DNA of 64,000 nucleotides from the NCBI GenBank assembly GCA_963804995.1, contig CAWDSK010000002.1, positions 160,001-224,000 of the forward strand, in the 5' to 3' direction. Under the pieces are notes generated by a model. The model worked only from the letters and a program-made list of their open reading frames with translations, had not been told where the DNA came from and ran no database searches. Position 1 is the stretch's first letter. Each line of letters starts with the position of its first letter. This document shows positions 60,722 through 64,000 of the stretch, piece after piece. Source of the DNA: an uncultured Acidobacteriota bacterium. GTDB lineage: Bacteria; Acidobacteriota; Terriglobia; UBA7540. Position numbers and translations under genes: made by a program.

Positions 60722-62110
60722 ATGCGCAAATCATTTCTGGTTCGTATTCTAGGGTCTCTGGGTCTCTTGCTGGGGATTTCTGTGTCTTTCGGGGCGCCCA
60801 GCGGACCTCTGCAAGTTGGCGCGGCTCGGGTCGACATCACGCCGGCCCCCGACGCCGCGCTTCCCATGGGGGGGTACGCGGGCCGTACGCAGGGATTCCA
60901 GCGGATTCACGACCACATTTATGTGCGCGCCATCGTGCTCAGCGACGGCACCCATCAGGCCGCGCTGCTGGAGTGGGAGCTCATTTTCATGCCCACCAAG
61001 GTTTGGGAAGAGCTTTCGCAACGGGTCTCGAAAGAGCTGGGCATCCCGGCGGAGAATGTTATTTACGCGGGAGTCCATGACCACAGCGCCCCGACTCTCG
61101 CGGGGATGTTCGGAGGACCGCCGCCCCCGGGCGCTCCTCCCAGAACTCCCCCTTCACCCGGCACCATTGCTTATACGGCCAAAGTGGAGAATGACGCGTT
61201 TGAGGCCCTGCGCCAAGCCAAGGCAAATCTTCGGCCGGCGCAGGTGGGATTCGGAACCGGCATGGCCTACGTGAACATGAATCGCCGGGAGCCCTTTCCC
61301 AAGGAAGGGTGGTGGTGGCTGGGCTACAATCCGGAGGGACCCTCCGATAAGACCGTGGCGGTTCTCAAGTTTACCGATCTCTCGGGCAAGCCCATCGCTC
61401 TGTTCATCAACTATCCTGTGCATGCTGTGGTGATGGGTGGGGATAACCTCGCGGTTACGGGCGATCTGGCGGGCGCGACGTCTCGTTACGTCGAGCAGTA
61501 TTACCAGGGCAAGATCGCGACGCGCTCCGATGCGGGATGGGATTTGGGACTTCGCCCGGAGGAGAAAGTTGAGGGCGACGGAGTGGTGGCTCTTTGGACG
61601 AGTGGCGCGGCGGGCGATCAGAACCCTGTATCCATGGACATGGGAGAAGACTTCACCATGGTGGATGCTCTGGGGAAGATCCTGGGAGAAGAGTCCGTGC
61701 GCGTGGCCAACAACATTACCGTGATGGCCTCGCAAGCGCGCATCGAGGGCTCGCAGCGTGTGATTACTTGTCCGGGGCGGCGCTTAGCTCCGGGACCCAG
61801 GCCGCGCGCCGAATACACCTTCGAGGATGCCGACCCGGTTAACATCCGCATCAGCCTGCTGCGGCTCAACGATATGGCTCTCACCGGAGTGTCCGGTGAA
61901 GTCTTCACGCGCATCTACCAACACCTGAAGAAAGAGTCGCCACTCAATGCCACGCTCATGGTGACTCACGCTAACGGGACCAGCGGATACATTCCGAGTG
62001 ACGACGCGTTTGAACCGATCAGTTATGAAGTCACAACCTCTCGTCTCAAACCGGGCTGCGCGGAATCCGGAATCGTGAACGGGCTTTTGGAGATGATGGG
62101 ATCGAAGTAA
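60722..62110 (+). CDS. Neutral/alkaline ceramidase-like hydrolase, exported
   Basis: VGAARVDITP, MGGYAGR, HDHSAP, NYPVH, GAAGDQNP, YIP. Confidence 0.8.
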   Translation: MRKSFLVRILGSLGLLLGISVSFGAPSGPLQVGAARVDITPAPDAALPMGGYAGRTQGFQRIHDHIYVRAIVLSDGTHQAALLEWELIFMPTKVWEELSQRVSKELGIPAENVIYAGVHDHSAPTLAGMFGGPPPPGAPPRTPPSPGTIAYTAKVENDAFEALRQAKANLRPAQVGFGTGMAYVNMNRREPFPKEGWWWLGYNPEGPSDKTVAVLKFTDLSGKPIALFINYPVHAVVMGGDNLAVTGDLAGATSRYVEQYYQGKIATRSDAGWDLGLRPEEKVEGDGVVALWTSGAAGDQNPVSMDMGEDFTMVDALGKILGEESVRVANNITVMASQARIEGSQRVITCPGRRLAPGPRPRAEYTFEDADPVNIRISLLRLNDMALTGVSGEVFTRIYQHLKKESPLNATLMVTHANGTSGYIPSDDAFEPISYEVTTSRLKPGCAESGIVNGLLEMMGSK

Positions 62111-62224
62111 GTGTCGTGAGTTCGACGGCCGAATCTTAGCGGCGTGCCCAGGCCTGACACTTTTTGGCGATGCGTCTAAATCTTTTCCCCCGGCGTATTT
62201 TGTGTCCCAGACCCTCGTCTTTTG

Positions 62225-62282
62225 GTGGGACAACGCCCGCTACGCCCCGCGGAGAGCAACATCTGGGACAAACGTGTCCCAC
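62225..62282. repeat. Dispersed GTGGGAC...GTCCCAC element, copy 2
   Basis: Homologous to 6022..6074. Confidence 0.75.
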
Positions 62283-62514
62283 CTAGCCGCCTCGGAATTG
62301 GAGGGATGTCCCAGCTACCTGCCCCCCGCTTGCATCCTCTGTCTTGCGTTCTAGCCCTCAGTCTTGGCCATTCGCAGGTTATCCACCTCACGTCCTGATT
62401 GACACCGCAACCAAAGGAATGTTATACGACGCGTCAACGGTATTTTCAGCGTTGAGGGTTAACGCCGGGCTGCCGAATTGAATGGCACCAGATTCCTCGC
62501 TTGAGGGGGTAGCT

Positions 62515-63246
62515 ATGGAAGTGTTTGACAAGGTCAATCAGCAGACACTCGACCGTCGCGATCGGCAGCTATCAATTTTGGCATTGGCGATGATTGTTAT
62601 TCTGGGAGGAGGGATGGCCCTGCTGATGTACCCCTCCGTATTCAGCAAGGCCCCCGCCGCGGGAGCGCCGCCCTCGCGCGCGCTTTTCTTTGGATTTTGC
62701 GGGATGTGTCTGCTGATGGTGGCCTATCTGGTGAACCGCCAGTTTGTGGTGCAGTCGCTGCGCAAAAAGCTTATGGAGGAGCGGGAACAGATGGCGCAGC
62801 TCCTTGAGCAATCCAGCTCCGAGCTGCTGGGCACGCTGCTGGGCTTCAGCCATTTTCAGGACCGCCTCATCATGGATTTTCGCCGCAGCACGCAGACCCA
62901 GGAGCCGCTCTCTCTGGTTCTGGTGCGGCTGAACCCCTCGAAGCATTTCGCGGACGGTCCGCAATCCCGAGTGGCTCTTGGCGACGCCGCCAAAGTTCTC
63001 AGCCGGAAGCTGCGCGCAGAAGACTCCTTGTATCGCCTCGCCTCGGAAGTTTTCGGTATTGTCCTGCCCAACACCGGTCACGCGATAGCCCAGCAAGCCG
63101 CTGACCGCCTGGCGGATGGCCTGGCGGACGCCTCCGGCGCCAGCAACCGCTTCACGGCGGAGATTCAAGTGGTGAACTATCCCGATGACGTCAACGCCGC
63201 TTCTGAGATGGAACATCGCGCGTCTTCGATGATCAGCAAGGGGTGA
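62515..63246 (+). CDS. Two-TM protein with degenerate GGDEF domain
   Basis: PLSLVLV, LRAEDSLYRLASEVFGIVLP at the GGDEF position; start may be 62482. Confidence 0.75.
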   Translation: MEVFDKVNQQTLDRRDRQLSILALAMIVILGGGMALLMYPSVFSKAPAAGAPPSRALFFGFCGMCLLMVAYLVNRQFVVQSLRKKLMEEREQMAQLLEQSSSELLGTLLGFSHFQDRLIMDFRRSTQTQEPLSLVLVRLNPSKHFADGPQSRVALGDAAKVLSRKLRAEDSLYRLASEVFGIVLPNTGHAIAQQAADRLADGLADASGASNRFTAEIQVVNYPDDVNAASEMEHRASSMISKG

Positions 63247-63411
63247 ACAGCGGCAGGAAAAGTCACCCTTATTCCCCTGCACAGCACCATCACCTTTATC
63301 GCTGTTTAGCACCACTGGTGAATTCCTTGTTCATCTCCACCCCGCACTACCCCTCTTCAGCACCACGGCGGAATCGCTCGTTCTGCACCACGGCGGAATC
63401 CCCTTTTCAGC

Positions 63412-63522
63412 ACCACCCCGTCGCTCAGCGCGCCACCCCTCCTCATCTGAGGCGGGGAGTTCTTTCCTAAAACAACTCCCCTCCTGAATCAGGAGGGGTG
63501 GCGCGCTGAGCGACGGGGTGGT
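63412..63522. repeat. Long palindromic element ACCACCCC...GGGGTGGT
   Basis: Homologous to 52984..53090. Confidence 0.85.
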
Positions 63523-63810
63523 TGTGATGGCCGGGGTGGTTTCCCCTGCAAGCATGCGTAGCGCGGGAAAGTCCCACGCGAAGGGGTAGCGCCCCGATGA
63601 ATCGGGGCGCCACAACGTGGTAGACTGCCCGTGTCCCCGCCTTCGGGAGGCGCCGATGCGGGCCCGATTATTCCTGCTTCTCCTCGTCCTACCCCTGATT
63701 CTGACGCTGCCCATGCGGGCGCCGCAAGGCATCACGTTTCGGGAAAGGGGTGACAAGAATCCTGCTTGAATAGATGTACAGACGATGTATATTGTTAAAT
63801 CATGGGAAAC

Positions 63811-64000
63811 ATGGTACGGACTCAAATCTTCCTTACCGCAGAGCAACGGCGTTATCTGCGAGCGTGGTCCAAGCTGGAGAAGAAGACGGCCAGCGCCTTG
63901 ATCCGGACCGCGATCGACGAGCGCTACGTTTACCGCCCCACCCCGGCGGACTTTCGCGCCGCACTGGACGAGGCGTTTGGGTCGTGGAAGGGACGGAAAA
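63811..64000 (+). CDS. CopG/RHH-type putative antitoxin (runs off the window end)
   Basis: Hand translation MVRTQIFLTAEQRRYL...SALIRTAIDERY...FGSWKGRK, typical of VapB-like RHH antitoxins. Confidence 0.7.
   Translation, partial: MVRTQIFLTAEQRRYLRAWSKLEKKTASALIRTAIDERYVYRPTPADFRAALDEAFGSWKGRK

Overview
GC-rich bacterial chromosomal window, most likely Acidobacteriota (Terriglobia-like). This is inferred from the carboxypeptidase-regulatory-domain TonB-dependent receptor with its TPR partner, the Tat-tagged sugar enzymes and the dense REP-like palindromes. It holds about 50 CDS, mostly metabolic: ilvC-like, sthA, udk, selenocysteine-containing selD, argJ, glpK, nagA, a GH29 fucosidase, an HPS-like sugar operon and an exported amino-sugar cluster. 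I recognised no rRNA, tRNA, CRISPR array, integrase or transposase. Highlights: (1) seven genes are broken by small indels; five are repaired by removing the same extra A in CTCGAA and a sixth abuts CTCGAG, probably a sequencing footprint of a DNA-modification motif. (2) A small accessory islet (24.3-26.3 kb) encodes a ScoMcrA-head-like/GIY-YIG nuclease fusion, a HicB chimera with a RelE-like remnant and an RHH/coiled-coil gene pair. (3) selD has an in-frame UGA and a SECIS-like hairpin. (4) A wHTH/membrane-protein/uppS-paralogue/DUF4153 unit has a twice-repeated operator. (5) There is an unannotated 53-aa six-cysteine microprotein and a HEPN-like orphan. (6) There are several families of short palindromic repeats, including a 59-bp element nested inside a REP. 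All family assignments are by motif recognition, not database search.
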